Origin: Syntrophaceae bacterium UBA6087
Lineage (GTDB): Bacteria > Desulfobacterota > Desulfomonilia > UBA1062
Length of the DNA stretch: 64,000 bases
Assembly: GCA_002448235.1 (NCBI GenBank)
Contig: DIXF01000002.1
Location: 249,706 to 313,705, forward strand
Reading direction: 5' to 3'
Within the stretch, counting starts at the first letter, position 1. Every line of letters starts with the position of its first letter. The notes below the pieces were generated by a model that saw only the letters and a list, made by a program, of their open reading frames with translations, ran no database searches and was not told the DNA's origin. The position numbers were made by a program, and so were the translations under genes. This document shows positions 1-9,933 of this stretch, piece by piece.

Positions 1-25
1 ACCGATATAAGAGATTGGAAAATCC

Positions 26-823
26 TTGAAGATGACCAGAGATGTGAGCGAGAAGAAGGTTATGCTCGCCGTTGATGTGGGCAATACCCACATAACCAGT
101 GCAGTCATAGATGGGGCTGAGATCCGGCTCATGCTGCGTATCCCGACAGAAACGTGCCTGAAAAGCGGCGCTTTTTTCGAACACCTCGACTTTGGCGGCG
201 ACCCGGTGCCCGGGCAGATCGTGCTCTGCAGCGTGAGGAAAAGCGTTTCCGGCATCATCTGCCGGGAATGTGAAGACCTGCCTGGCGTAACCCCCCTGAT
301 CGTTACCAACGATACCCCCATGGGGATCACAAGCCGCTACCGGTCGAAAGCAACCCTCGGCACAGACAGGCTCGTAGATGCGGCAGCCTGCTTCCATCTC
401 CATGCAAAAGGCCGGCGGCCCGGGATCGTAATCGACATGGGCACTGCCACGACCATCGATTATATCACCGGGGAAGGGGAGTACCTCGGGGGTGTGATCG
501 CTCCCGGCCTTTTAAGCGCATACCGGGGACTCACTGCCGCTGCGCCGGAGTTGCCCGAAGTCGAGATATCGCCGGTGGACAGGCTTATCGGTACAACGAC
601 CCATGAATGCATCCGATCAGGGGCGGTCGCAGGTCATGCAGCCCTTGTCAAGGAGCTTTCCTCCATGATGGCCCGCGAGCATGGGTCAACTCCTGTTGTG
701 GTAGTGACCGGCGGGTTTTCCCGGATGGTGAATGCCTGGCTGCCGGAAGAATATATCCGAGACGAGCACCTCATGCTCAAGGGATTGTCGTTCATTTATC
801 AGGTAAATAGTAAAAATTATTAA
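26..823 (+). CDS. coaX: Type III pantothenate kinase (CoaX). The true start may be the internal Met at 62 (MLAVDVGNTH...).
   Basis: AVDVGNTHI N-terminal motif and the overall Bvg-accessory-factor/CoaX pattern. The ORF is 265 aa, and a GAAGG Shine-Dalgarno sits before the ATG at 62. Confidence 0.8.
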   Translation: MKMTRDVSEKKVMLAVDVGNTHITSAVIDGAEIRLMLRIPTETCLKSGAFFEHLDFGGDPVPGQIVLCSVRKSVSGIICRECEDLPGVTPLIVTNDTPMGITSRYRSKATLGTDRLVDAAACFHLHAKGRRPGIVIDMGTATTIDYITGEGEYLGGVIAPGLLSAYRGLTAAAPELPEVEISPVDRLIGTTTHECIRSGAVAGHAALVKELSSMMAREHGSTPVVVVTGGFSRMVNAWLPEEYIRDEHLMLKGLSFIYQVNSKNY

Positions 824-856
824 GATTTCAAAAAGGCTTTGCCGATAGTTTCCTTG

Positions 857-885
857 CCTAAGGTTTTTTACGGAAAAACCTTAGG
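857..885. promoter_or_regulatory. 29-bp perfect palindrome CCTAAGGTTTTT-tacgg-AAAAACCTTAGG between coaX and amiC. It could be an operator or a hairpin.
   Basis: Read directly: a 12-bp perfect inverted repeat with a 5-nt spacer, in the 95-nt intergenic gap. Confidence 0.5.
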
Positions 886-918
886 ACAAGTAAGGGATTA
901 CTTAATAAAGACGACGTA

Positions 919-2745
919 ATGGATTACATCAATGAAAAGCTAAGGCTTGCATTTTGCTTTCTTTTGTTCAGTTGTATGGCTGTGTCCGGTTTCGGAGGTG
1001 CGGCATACGCTTCAGGCAATGCTGCCTCTTTGTTCCAGAAAGCTAACAAATCCCATGTGGAGCTCAACAGGGACGCCTCCAAGAAGAAATTCCGGGACAA
1101 CTGGGTAAAGGTAATCTGCGAGTTCAGGGATATCGCCGAAAAGTATCCGGACTCCGAGTTCGCACCCCAGGCATACCTCAAGATCGGCAATGTCTACGAG
1201 CAGCTCCACCGGTACTCCGGGAAGAAGAACGATCTGCTGATGGCATCTCAGGCTTACCAGGATCTTGTCAGGGAGTATCCGGGCAACAAAAGCGCAGACG
1301 AAGCCCTGTACGAGGCCGGTCTTATCGAAGAACGTCTCGGCAGCAAGGACAAGGCCGCTGACTTTTACAGGCGCATCGTAGATGAATATGCCGAGAGGGA
1401 TTCGGCTGATCAGGCCCGGAAGAAATTGGGGATGAGTGTTTCTTCAGCGGGCAGAAAGGCTGCCGTCCCGGCTGAAAAATCAAAGACGGATACCCTGAAA
1501 AGAACTGCAGATAAGAAGGCAGGTGCGCGGACTGCGGTCAGAAATATCCGTGACTGGACAGTACAGGGCGCTACCCGCGTCATGATCGATCTTGACGAGA
1601 CCGTCTCCTACAAAAAATTTATCTTGCCTGAGGTTTCGAAGGAGAAGAGGCCGAAACGCCTGGTCATCGACCTTCAGGGTGCCTGGAAAACTGCCGCTAT
1701 CCCTTCGGTCCGACAGATCGAAGGATCGATCGTTTCCGGCATCCGCGTCTCCCAGTTTACCTCCGATAAGGTCAGGATAGTCCTTGACCTCACAGGCAAG
1801 TCGCGTTTCGAAGCCTTCACGATTGAAGATCCCTTCCGGATAGTCATCGATGTAGGCCCCAACAGCGCATCGCTCAAATCCGCTTCAGCCGGGCTGAATG
1901 CGGCATCCGGCCTGGATGTTTCTTCTGCCGTCGCTGCAGCCGATCAGGAATCGGCCCCATACAAGAGCATGATAAAGAAAGTCGCTCCCGGGTCCCCGGC
2001 AAAGACCAACAAAAATGAAGAGGTCCCGACGATTGCCTCCCAGCTCTCCCTACGGGTATCGCGCATCGTCATCGATCCCGGGCATGGAGGGAAGGACCCG
2101 GGCGCTATCAGCCCGACAGGCGTACGGGAAAAAGACCTCACGCTGGAAATCGGCATACTCCTCGCAAAGAGATTGAAGGCAGACGGATTCGAGGTCTTTC
2201 TCACCCGGAGCAAAGATGTGTTCCTCACCCTCGAAGAGAGAACGACCTTCTCTAATAAGAAGAGGGCGGACCTCTTCATCTCGGTGCATCTCAATTCCCA
2301 CCACAACCACACCGTAAACGGCATCGAAACGTATTTTCTGAATCTCACGACGGATTCCTCGGCCATCGAAGTCGCTGCCAGGGAAAACGCCACCACCCAG
2401 AAATCGATCAGCGACCTGCAGCTGATCATCAATGATCTCATGCTCAACTCAAAGATCAATGAATCTTCAAGGTTTGCCAACAGTGTCCATACCAGCATCA
2501 TCTCATCGGCGGTCACGACAGGATACGACGGGAGGAATCTCGGCGTGCGGCAGGCGCCGTTCTATGTGCTCCTGGGGGCGCAGATGCCGTCAATTCTTTT
2601 AGAACTCGGCTTCCTGACCAATTCCATGGACATAGGGATGCTGAAGCGGCGCGCGTACCAGGAAACTTTGGTAGATGGTATTGCAAAGGGAATAAATAAT
2701 TATATAATGAACACCACATATGCGTATAGCTGGAGGAATAAATGA
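919..2745 (+). CDS. amiC: N-acetylmuramoyl-L-alanine amidase (AmiC type). It has a signal peptide, an N-terminal CpoB/YbgF-like TPR domain, AMIN domains and a C-terminal Amidase_3 domain.
   Basis: N-terminal signal sequence. TPR repeats (YPDSEFAPQAYLKIGNVY, YPGNKSADEALYEAG). AMIN-like VIDLQG/VLDLTG repeats. Amidase_3 motif IVIDPGHGGKDPGA. The stop overlaps the next gene as ATGA. Confidence 0.85.
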   Translation: MDYINEKLRLAFCFLLFSCMAVSGFGGAAYASGNAASLFQKANKSHVELNRDASKKKFRDNWVKVICEFRDIAEKYPDSEFAPQAYLKIGNVYEQLHRYSGKKNDLLMASQAYQDLVREYPGNKSADEALYEAGLIEERLGSKDKAADFYRRIVDEYAERDSADQARKKLGMSVSSAGRKAAVPAEKSKTDTLKRTADKKAGARTAVRNIRDWTVQGATRVMIDLDETVSYKKFILPEVSKEKRPKRLVIDLQGAWKTAAIPSVRQIEGSIVSGIRVSQFTSDKVRIVLDLTGKSRFEAFTIEDPFRIVIDVGPNSASLKSASAGLNAASGLDVSSAVAAADQESAPYKSMIKKVAPGSPAKTNKNEEVPTIASQLSLRVSRIVIDPGHGGKDPGAISPTGVREKDLTLEIGILLAKRLKADGFEVFLTRSKDVFLTLEERTTFSNKKRADLFISVHLNSHHNHTVNGIETYFLNLTTDSSAIEVAARENATTQKSISDLQLIINDLMLNSKINESSRFANSVHTSIISSAVTTGYDGRNLGVRQAPFYVLLGAQMPSILLELGFLTNSMDIGMLKRRAYQETLVDGIAKGINNYIMNTTYAYSWRNK

Positions 2746-3404
2746 AGCGTAGTATCATGATATGCATACTTCTCCTGGGAACGCTCCCTCTCTGGGCGGA
2801 TTCCGGGTTGAGCAATGTGGTGACCAAGGAAATTCATCGCATCATGCCCCCTGCAGGGACAGTACAGGAACCTCAGGTGAAACCGGCACAGCCTGTACAG
2901 GCGCCGATGAAAGAACCTCAACAGGCAACTTTTACAAAGGACGCCAACTATCCCTATACGATCCACCTCGCTTCCTTTGAAAACCCCAACGATGCGGCAC
3001 GCCAGCTCGAGAGGCTCAAATCCAAGCTGGATATGCTCTTTATCACCAAGATCGACCTCGGCGCTCCGGGGGTATGGTACCGGCTGGATTACGGGGCGTT
3101 TCCGAACATAAAGGAAGCAGTGGGCAAGCTCCAGCAGCTCAAAGCCCAGGGGCTTGTTGACCAGAGTTCCTTTGTGGGCGGATCGGTCGCTTACGCCATA
3201 GAGATAGGGGTGTATCCAAGCAGGCAGGAGGCCCAGGCAAGGGCAAAGGCGTTGGCGGCAAAAGGCATGACAGGGTATATCATGCAGGAGCGGGAAGACC
3301 TCTACCGGCTCCTCTCAGGGGCCTACCCCAATGAGAAGAGCGCGGCTCCTGCACTCGAAGACCTGACGGCATCGAACTTTGCGGCTACCGTAAAGAAGAG
3401 ATGA
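2742..3404 (+). CDS. SPOR-domain (septal peptidoglycan-binding) protein
   Basis: Signal peptide followed by two SPOR repeats (YTIHLASFENPNDAARQLERLKSK..., YAIEIGVYPSRQEAQARAKALAAKG...). ATGA overlap with both neighbours. Confidence 0.75.
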   Translation: MKRSIMICILLLGTLPLWADSGLSNVVTKEIHRIMPPAGTVQEPQVKPAQPVQAPMKEPQQATFTKDANYPYTIHLASFENPNDAARQLERLKSKLDMLFITKIDLGAPGVWYRLDYGAFPNIKEAVGKLQQLKAQGLVDQSSFVGGSVAYAIEIGVYPSRQEAQARAKALAAKGMTGYIMQEREDLYRLLSGAYPNEKSAAPALEDLTASNFAATVKKR

Positions 3405-4285
3405 CCCATGCATTCTTAGACTCTTTTCTCGAGTACCTGATCGTAGAGAGATCCGCCTCCGAAAATACCCTCGCGGCGTATGAAAACGACCTGAAGTCGT
3501 TTTTTGAGTGGCTTGAGGAGCAGGACAAGGATATCAGCAATCTCCAATCCGTTGACCTGACGGAGTTCGCTTCAGCCTGCAGGAGAAAAAAGCTCAAAGC
3601 CACAAGCATCGGCAGGAGGCTCTCGGCCATCCGGCAGTTTTACCGGTTTCTCCTCGAAGAAGGAGGCCTGGCAAAGGATCCTACCCGCGACCTGGTAACC
3701 CCGAAACGGGCAAAGTATCTTCCCGAGGTATTGAGCATCGGCGAGGTCGACAGGCTCCTTGCTGCCCCGGATGTGTCGACCCCGCTGGGCACCCGGGACA
3801 AGGCCATGGTCGAGCTCCTCTATGCCACGGGCTTAAGGGTAAGCGAGCTGGTGGGCCTGAAGAGTCATATGGTCAACCTCCATGTGGGATACCTCATCTG
3901 CAGGGGCAAAGGCAGCAAGGAACGGCTCGTCCCCGTCGGGGAATCCGCCCTGAACAGGGTGAAGGAATACATCATTACCGTAAGGCCCGCACTGGCCGAG
4001 CCTTCTTCGGATGTCCTCTTCTGCTCGAACCGCGGCTCGGCAATGACACGGCAGAATTTCTGGTATATCATCCAGCGCTACGCTGCGAAGGCCGGCATTA
4101 TGAAGCATATCTCCCCGCACGTGCTAAGGCACTCTTTCGCCACGCACCTGCTTGCCGGCGGGGCAGACCTTCGTTCGGTTCAGATGATGCTCGGCCATGC
4201 GGATATTTCCACCACCCAGATCTACACCCACATCAATGCCGCCCGGCTCAAACAGATCCACGAGCAGTACCATCCGAGGGGGTAG
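3401..4285 (+). CDS. xerD: Tyrosine site-specific recombinase XerD (chromosome dimer resolution)
   Basis: N-terminal ENTLAAYENDL resembles the XerD motif ENTLNAYRRDL. C-terminal HSFATHLL...GADLRSVQMMLGHADISTTQIYTHI...LKQIHEQYHPRG matches the XerD tail, including the catalytic Tyr. Confidence 0.85.
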   Translation: MTHAFLDSFLEYLIVERSASENTLAAYENDLKSFFEWLEEQDKDISNLQSVDLTEFASACRRKKLKATSIGRRLSAIRQFYRFLLEEGGLAKDPTRDLVTPKRAKYLPEVLSIGEVDRLLAAPDVSTPLGTRDKAMVELLYATGLRVSELVGLKSHMVNLHVGYLICRGKGSKERLVPVGESALNRVKEYIITVRPALAEPSSDVLFCSNRGSAMTRQNFWYIIQRYAAKAGIMKHISPHVLRHSFATHLLAGGADLRSVQMMLGHADISTTQIYTHINAARLKQIHEQYHPRG

Positions 4286-4288
4286 GGC

Positions 4289-6922
4289 ATGCAGGTAATC
4301 ACCTCTCACACGCAGGCAGACTTCGACGCATTCGCATCCATGACCGCCGCACACCTGCTCTACCCGGAATCCGTTCTCTCCTTTCCGGGCGCCCAGGAAA
4401 AAAACTTGCGGGACTTCCTCGCCGAAGCCCCGGAGGAGATCACCAACCCCATCGTCAGGCAGAAGGACATCTCTCTGGATGAAGTCACGAGGCTCATCAT
4501 CGTGGACAACAGGCAGATTTCGAGGATCGGGGATTTCTCGCGGCTCATCGGCCGGGAGGGCGTAGAGATTGTCATTTACGATCACCACCCCTGTTCCGTG
4601 GAAGATATCAAGGCCGATGAAGAATACTGTATCGAGCTCGGCGCCAATGTGACGATCATGGTGGACGCCCTGAAAAAGAAAGGCATCACCCCCAGCCCGG
4701 TCCAGGCAACGGTCATGGCCATGGGCATTTATGAAGATACCGGGTCGCTGCTTTTTCCCTCGACAACGGCGGAAGACTGTCTCGCCTTAGCCGATCTCAT
4801 CCGGTGGGGGGCGAGCCTCAAGCAGGTCTCTCAAGCGATCTTACGGGAGCTCGAGGCCGAGCAGGTGGACGTGCTCGACCAGCTCATCAAGAATTCCTAT
4901 ATCCTGCATTTAGGCGGCATCGACGTGCTGTTCACCCGCTCGGAGTCATCCGGATACGTGGAAGATTTCGCCATGCTCGTCCACAAGCTCAGGGGCATGT
5001 TCGACGTGGACGCCATGTTTGCGCTCGGCCTCATGGGGGAGCGGATCTACCTGGTGGCAAGGAGCACGCTCCCCCAGATCAATGCAGCAGAGATCGCAAA
5101 CCATTTCGGCGGCGGAGGGCATCCCACCGCAGCGGCGGCCTCAATCAAGGAAATCTCTCTGGACCAGGTGGAAAGCAGGCTCGTCAAACTCGTCAAGAAG
5201 GAGACACGGCCGAGGATCACGGCCCGGGACATCATGACCTTCCCCGTTATCTCCTTGAACATGAGCTCCACGATCGACGAGGCAAGCCAAAGGCTCAACC
5301 GCTACAATATCAATGCCCTGGTGGTGCAGACAAAAGGCGGCCGCCCGGCGGGGATCATTACCCGGCAGGTGGTGAGCCGGGCCCAGGGGCACGGGCTCGG
5401 GAAGGCCCACGTCAAGGACTACATGATACGCGACATCAAGCAGGTCGACCCGGATGCTCCCGTCTGGGAGATCCGCACGCTCATCATCGACGGGAACCAG
5501 CGGCTGCTCCCTGTAGTGGAAAACAGGAAGGTTGCGGGCGTGATCACGAGGACGGATCTCATGATGATCATGCACGAAAAGATGACAAAGGACGAAGGGG
5601 CGCAGCCCAAGGCCCCCCAGGCGAAGAACCTGAAAAAGCTCTTGGAGGAAAGGCTTCCCAGCGAGTTCTACGACCTTCTCCGGCAGGCAGGCTCTCTCGC
5701 GGCCTCCATGGGATACAACGCCTATATCGTGGGCGGGATCGTCCGGGATATGCTGCTCAGGATCAGCAACCTCGATGTGGATATCGTGGTGGAGGGCGAC
5801 GGGATAACCTTTGCGAGGCTGTTTTCCCAGTCCATGGGAGCGCGGTACGCCGCCCATGAGAAATACAAGACGGCAGTCATAACCCTGCCGGACGGGGCCC
5901 ATATAGACATCGCGACAGCCCGGCTCGAATACTACAAGACTCCCGGGGATTTCCCTATCGTGGAGCAGTCGACGTTAAAGCTCGACCTCTATCGCAGGGA
6001 TTTTACGATCAACACCATGGCAGTAGCCTTGAACCCGCAGCGTTTCGGAGACCTCGTCGACTTTTTCGGGGCACAGCGGGATATCAGAGAAAAGCGGATC
6101 AGGGTCCTGCACGCCATGAGCTTTGTCGAAGACCCGTCCCGCATCTTACGGGCGGTCCGGTTCGAGCAGCGCTACGGGTTTACCCTCGGCAAGCAGACGA
6201 GCTCTCTCGTGCACGCCGCCGTAAAATCAGGGCTGCTGAGGAGCGTTCCCGGGAGGCGCATCTCGCATGAAATCCGGCAGATGCTCGGAGAGAGCGAACC
6301 GGGCAAGGGCATGGAAAAACTCGAAGAACTCGGCGTGCTCGCCGCCATCCATCCCGATCTCCATTTCGGACCGCCTGTCAGTGATTATTTCCTGCGGGTC
6401 AAGGAAACGCTTCTGTGGTTCAACATGCTTTTCACCCACGAAGAATACCGGTCGTGGTTCGTATACCTCCTCGCCCTGATAGACAGCATGAAGGGAAAAA
6501 AGATCATCGATATCTGCAAACGGTTCGGCCTCACCGACGAGGAGATCCGAGGTATCCTGTCGTCGCATGCGCGGGTGCATGAAATCCTTAAAGATTTTGT
6601 GGCCGCAAAACCGCTCAGGCCTTCGGATGTGGTGAGGATACTCGATAACTCGTCCCTGGAGGTGATCCTCTTTGCCATGTCAAAGACCAGGAGCAGCGAG
6701 GTCAAGGAGATGATCTCCTCATACATCACCACCTGGCGTTCATACAAGCCACCGCTCAGCGGCAAGGACCTCATCGCCATCGGGTTCGTCAAAGGCAGAT
6801 TTTTAGGCGATACCCTTCGCCTCATCCGGGATAAGGGCCTCGACGGAGAGATCAAGGATTTCAAAGACGCAGTCGCCTTTGCCAAACGCAGGCTGAAGGA
6901 AGAAAAGCAGAAAAGCAAATAG
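4289..6922 (+). CDS. Multidomain tRNA nucleotidyltransferase / poly(A)-polymerase family protein. Layout: DHH-DHHA1 phosphoesterase, tandem CBS domains, Pol-beta-type head and an HD-like C-terminal region.
   Basis: DHH motif (IYDHH) at the N-terminus. A CBS pair (ITARDIMTFPVISL..., VKDYMIRDIKQVD...). PolyA-pol head (GGIVRDMLLRISNLDVDIVVEGDG, RRDFTINTMAV, ED...RILRAVRFE). GAGGGGG Shine-Dalgarno 7 nt upstream. The start lies 4 nt after the xerD stop. Confidence 0.8.
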   Translation: MQVITSHTQADFDAFASMTAAHLLYPESVLSFPGAQEKNLRDFLAEAPEEITNPIVRQKDISLDEVTRLIIVDNRQISRIGDFSRLIGREGVEIVIYDHHPCSVEDIKADEEYCIELGANVTIMVDALKKKGITPSPVQATVMAMGIYEDTGSLLFPSTTAEDCLALADLIRWGASLKQVSQAILRELEAEQVDVLDQLIKNSYILHLGGIDVLFTRSESSGYVEDFAMLVHKLRGMFDVDAMFALGLMGERIYLVARSTLPQINAAEIANHFGGGGHPTAAAASIKEISLDQVESRLVKLVKKETRPRITARDIMTFPVISLNMSSTIDEASQRLNRYNINALVVQTKGGRPAGIITRQVVSRAQGHGLGKAHVKDYMIRDIKQVDPDAPVWEIRTLIIDGNQRLLPVVENRKVAGVITRTDLMMIMHEKMTKDEGAQPKAPQAKNLKKLLEERLPSEFYDLLRQAGSLAASMGYNAYIVGGIVRDMLLRISNLDVDIVVEGDGITFARLFSQSMGARYAAHEKYKTAVITLPDGAHIDIATARLEYYKTPGDFPIVEQSTLKLDLYRRDFTINTMAVALNPQRFGDLVDFFGAQRDIREKRIRVLHAMSFVEDPSRILRAVRFEQRYGFTLGKQTSSLVHAAVKSGLLRSVPGRRISHEIRQMLGESEPGKGMEKLEELGVLAAIHPDLHFGPPVSDYFLRVKETLLWFNMLFTHEEYRSWFVYLLALIDSMKGKKIIDICKRFGLTDEEIRGILSSHARVHEILKDFVAAKPLRPSDVVRILDNSSLEVILFAMSKTRSSEVKEMISSYITTWRSYKPPLSGKDLIAIGFVKGRFLGDTLRLIRDKGLDGEIKDFKDAVAFAKRRLKEEKQKSK

Positions 6923-6969
6923 TTGACGAACACCCGTTCCTCATGTAGACAGAATTCTGGAACATGCAC

Positions 6970-7042
<73 letters not shown>

Positions 7043-7062
7043 TTTCTTGTTCTTCTTCAGGA

Positions 7063-7884
7063 CTATACATCTTCCGGGTCGGGAAAGTCCGGCTTCGTCT
7101 TCGACAGGAAAGCCGTAATCCCATAGATGCATTCACCGCTTGCGATCAGGTCGACCGCTTCCCGGGTCTCCAGCGCGAGGGCCTTGTCATAAGGCAGATC
7201 AGGGGCGGATCTGATTACCTTCAGTGCGTGGCGCACCGACCGGGGACCGTTCTCCGCAATGCCGTGGGCGAGAGCGACAGCTTCTTCACATGCCTTGCCC
7301 GGCGAGCTGATTCGGTCGGCCAGGCCGAGCGACAAGGCCTCCTGCGCGCCGACCTTCCTGCCGGTGAGGATGAGATCCGCAGCGCGTGCAGGGCCGATGA
7401 GCCTCGTCAGACCGACCACTCCGCCATGATCCGGCATGAGGCCGAGCTTTACCTCCGAGAAGCAGAACACCGCTGAAGGGTCCATGACCCGCAGGTCGCA
7501 GCGGGAGGCGATCTCCGCACCGCCGCCATAGGCGAGTCCGTTGACGGCGGCAATCACGGGCACGGGCAGCATGACGAGGTTGTCGGTCGTTGTCCTGACG
7601 AGGCGTATGAGATCCATGGCAGGCCCCTTCTCGTGGTTCTGGACCGCTTCGATCAGGCGGCTCACCTGGGGGTTCTCAGGGTTCACGTCAAAGCCTGCGC
7701 TGAAGGCCTCGGTGCCGGCGCCCGTGACGACGACGGCCCGGGGCATGCGGTTTTTGAGATCGGACAGCACGTTCCCAAGAGAAGACCACATGTGCTCGTC
7801 GAACGCATTCTTCTTGTCCGGGCGATTGAACGTTACGACAGCTACCTTGCCCGGACGTTTCAGGACCACTCCGTAACCCGGCAT
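7063..7884 (-). CDS. Enoyl-CoA hydratase/isomerase (crotonase family)
   Basis: N-terminal VVTFNRPDKKNAF and the oxyanion-hole region AAVNGLAYGGGAEIA. 273 aa. Confidence 0.85.
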   Translation of the reverse strand: MPGYGVVLKRPGKVAVVTFNRPDKKNAFDEHMWSSLGNVLSDLKNRMPRAVVVTGAGTEAFSAGFDVNPENPQVSRLIEAVQNHEKGPAMDLIRLVRTTTDNLVMLPVPVIAAVNGLAYGGGAEIASRCDLRVMDPSAVFCFSEVKLGLMPDHGGVVGLTRLIGPARAADLILTGRKVGAQEALSLGLADRISSPGKACEEAVALAHGIAENGPRSVRHALKVIRSAPDLPYDKALALETREAVDLIASGECIYGITAFLSKTKPDFPDPEDV

Positions 7885-7907
7885 TATGGCTACCTCCTTG
7901 TGCTGCG

Positions 7908-8462
7908 TTAGAACGCCGCCCCGAATCTGTTACGGTACAGGAAGCCGGAGAGATCCTTGCGGGGGGGGCCCGATTTGGCAGGCGCTGCTGGCTTGCCTAC
8001 GGGTAGCACGGCAACGACCTCATAGCCTTCGGGCACGTTCAGGATTTTCTTGCAGGCTTCATGATCGATGAGTCCTACCACGACCGTTCCCAAACCCATG
8101 TCATGGGCCTTGAGGCTCAAGTTCTGGACCGCCATCCCCAGGTCGAACATGTACCAGTTTGAGAGCTTGGTGACGTCTTTGCCGTCGTAGCAGCCGGACA
8201 CGCCGGTCTTCGCGCAGGCTACGATGAGGACCGATGCGGAAAGCGAGCCTTTGGTGGCAGGGTTTTTCTCGGTATAGGTGCCGACTATCTTCTCGATGAA
8301 ATCCGAATCCCTCACCGCGATAAATTCCCACACCTGGGTATTGGCCCAGGATGGGGCCCATCTCGCAGCCTCGATAAGAGACCTGATCTCCTGGTCGCTC
8401 ACGACATAGTCGGTATACTTCCGTACGCTTCTTCTTCCAACGATTGCCTCATCGAGCTCCAT
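7908..8462 (-). CDS. Nitroreductase-family oxidoreductase (185 aa). The annotated ORF extends antisense into larC, so I chose the internal start.
   Basis: RRSVRKY...WAPSWANTQVWEF nitroreductase signature. AGGAGGG Shine-Dalgarno 4-5 nt before the ATG at 8462. 24 nt upstream of the hydratase gene on the same strand. Confidence 0.8.
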   Translation of the reverse strand: MELDEAIVGRRSVRKYTDYVVSDQEIRSLIEAARWAPSWANTQVWEFIAVRDSDFIEKIVGTYTEKNPATKGSLSASVLIVACAKTGVSGCYDGKDVTKLSNWYMFDLGMAVQNLSLKAHDMGLGTVVVGLIDHEACKKILNVPEGYEVVAVLPVGKPAAPAKSGPPRKDLSGFLYRNRFGAAF

Positions 8463-8714
8463 ACATCCCTCCTGTTTCATTATGACATGGTGTGGTCTTG
8501 ATCCGTATATCAGGAATGATACACGTTCGGGGCGAGATTTTCCACTGATTTCAATAGATACGAAAAAGCGTGCAGGCAAGCGGAAGAAAAAGAGATGATG
8601 GTCCAAAGGGAAGGGCTGATGAAGTATAAAGACATTGTCTGACAGGCATGAAGTATGGCAGATGAAAAAGAGGAGAGGACAGAAATCGGCGGTTATTTGT
8701 CCGGAGGTGGCGGC

Positions 8715-9905
8715 ATGACAATTCTCATCATCGATCCAGTGGGCGGTATCAGCGGTGACATGCTGCTGGGGAGTCTGATTCACCTGGGGTGTCCTGTAGA
8801 ATATCTGAAAGGGGTCCTCGATACGCTTCCCATAGACGGCTTCTCCCTTGATGCATCCCTTCGCCCTGTCCATGGGATCGATGCGGTGGGCCTGACGTTT
8901 GCCTGTGCGGATGCCAGTGAGCACAGGACGTTCGGCATAATCAGGGATACGATCCTTTCTTCGCTTCCCGGCCCGGTAAAAGACAGGGCTGTCGCGATCT
9001 TCAAAGCCCTGGCCGAAGCCGAGGCGCAGGTGCACGGCGTACGCGCGGATGACGTTCACTTTCACGAGGTGGGAGCCATGGATTCCATCCTGGATATCGT
9101 GGGCATCTCTGCCGCCCTTGAATATTTTGCGCCTGATGCCGTCTACAGCCGGACAGTGCCACTCGGCACGGGCACTACGAAATCCATGCACGGAACCATC
9201 CCCCTGCCCGCGCCTGCAACCATAAAACTCCTCGAAGGCAGGCTGGTCAGGTTCACCGATATCTCCTCGGAGCTCGCCACGCCGACCGGCGCTGCCGTTA
9301 TTGCTGCGCTTGCGCGAAAAGACTCCCCTCCGGCAGATCTTATTGTCCGGTCCGTCGGCTACGGGTGCGGCAAACGGCAGATACCCGGCTGGCCCAACCT
9401 CTGCCGCACGATCCTGTGCGAGTCACTATCGGCAAAGCCCGGGCTGCAGGTATACCTGGTGGCGGCGGACGTGGACGATATGCTCCCCGAGGACACCGAG
9501 GCAGTGATGGCGAAGCTCTACGAGGCAGGCGCAAGAGACGCGGGCCTTATTCAGAAGATCATGAAAAGGGGAAGGCCGGGCTTCTGCATCCAGGCAATCT
9601 GCATGTCGGAGCATCTTGACGATGTGCTGAACTGTCTGCTCAAGCATACTTCTTCCATCGGCGTCCGCTATCACCCGGTGGAAAGGCGCGTGCTCGAGCG
9701 GAGGATTTACCGCATAAGCACTCTCCTGGGCGATGTGAACGTCAAAGAAAGCATACTCCCGGACGGGTCGAAACGCATCAAGCCCGAATACCGCGACCTT
9801 GCAGAGATCGCGGAAAGAAACGGCATTACGATAGCAGCTGTCCGGGCGGAAGTGGACAAGGCCCTGGCGGAGGGTGAAGGACAAGGCCCTCGTACAGATA
9901 AGTGA
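8715..9905 (+). CDS. larC: LarC: nickel insertase (CTP-dependent) for the pyridinium-3,5-bisthiocarboxylate mononucleotide nickel-pincer cofactor
   Basis: Strong match to the LarC/DUF111 N-terminus (IIDPVGGISGDMLLGSL; AEAEAQVHGV; VHFHEVGAMDSILDIVG). GGAGG Shine-Dalgarno 7 nt before the ATG at 8715. Confidence 0.85.
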   Translation: MTILIIDPVGGISGDMLLGSLIHLGCPVEYLKGVLDTLPIDGFSLDASLRPVHGIDAVGLTFACADASEHRTFGIIRDTILSSLPGPVKDRAVAIFKALAEAEAQVHGVRADDVHFHEVGAMDSILDIVGISAALEYFAPDAVYSRTVPLGTGTTKSMHGTIPLPAPATIKLLEGRLVRFTDISSELATPTGAAVIAALARKDSPPADLIVRSVGYGCGKRQIPGWPNLCRTILCESLSAKPGLQVYLVAADVDDMLPEDTEAVMAKLYEAGARDAGLIQKIMKRGRPGFCIQAICMSEHLDDVLNCLLKHTSSIGVRYHPVERRVLERRIYRISTLLGDVNVKESILPDGSKRIKPEYRDLAEIAERNGITIAAVRAEVDKALAEGEGQGPRTDK

Positions 9906-9933
9906 GAAAGCAACCAGCCCGGCGGAGGAAAGA

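Noticed and set aside
8463-9191. N-terminal 240 codons of the 427-aa minus-strand ORF 7908..9191
   Set aside because: It is antisense to larC and has no homology. The nitroreductase domain begins at an internal Met that has an AGGAGGG Shine-Dalgarno. I treat the extension as a GC-driven open frame.
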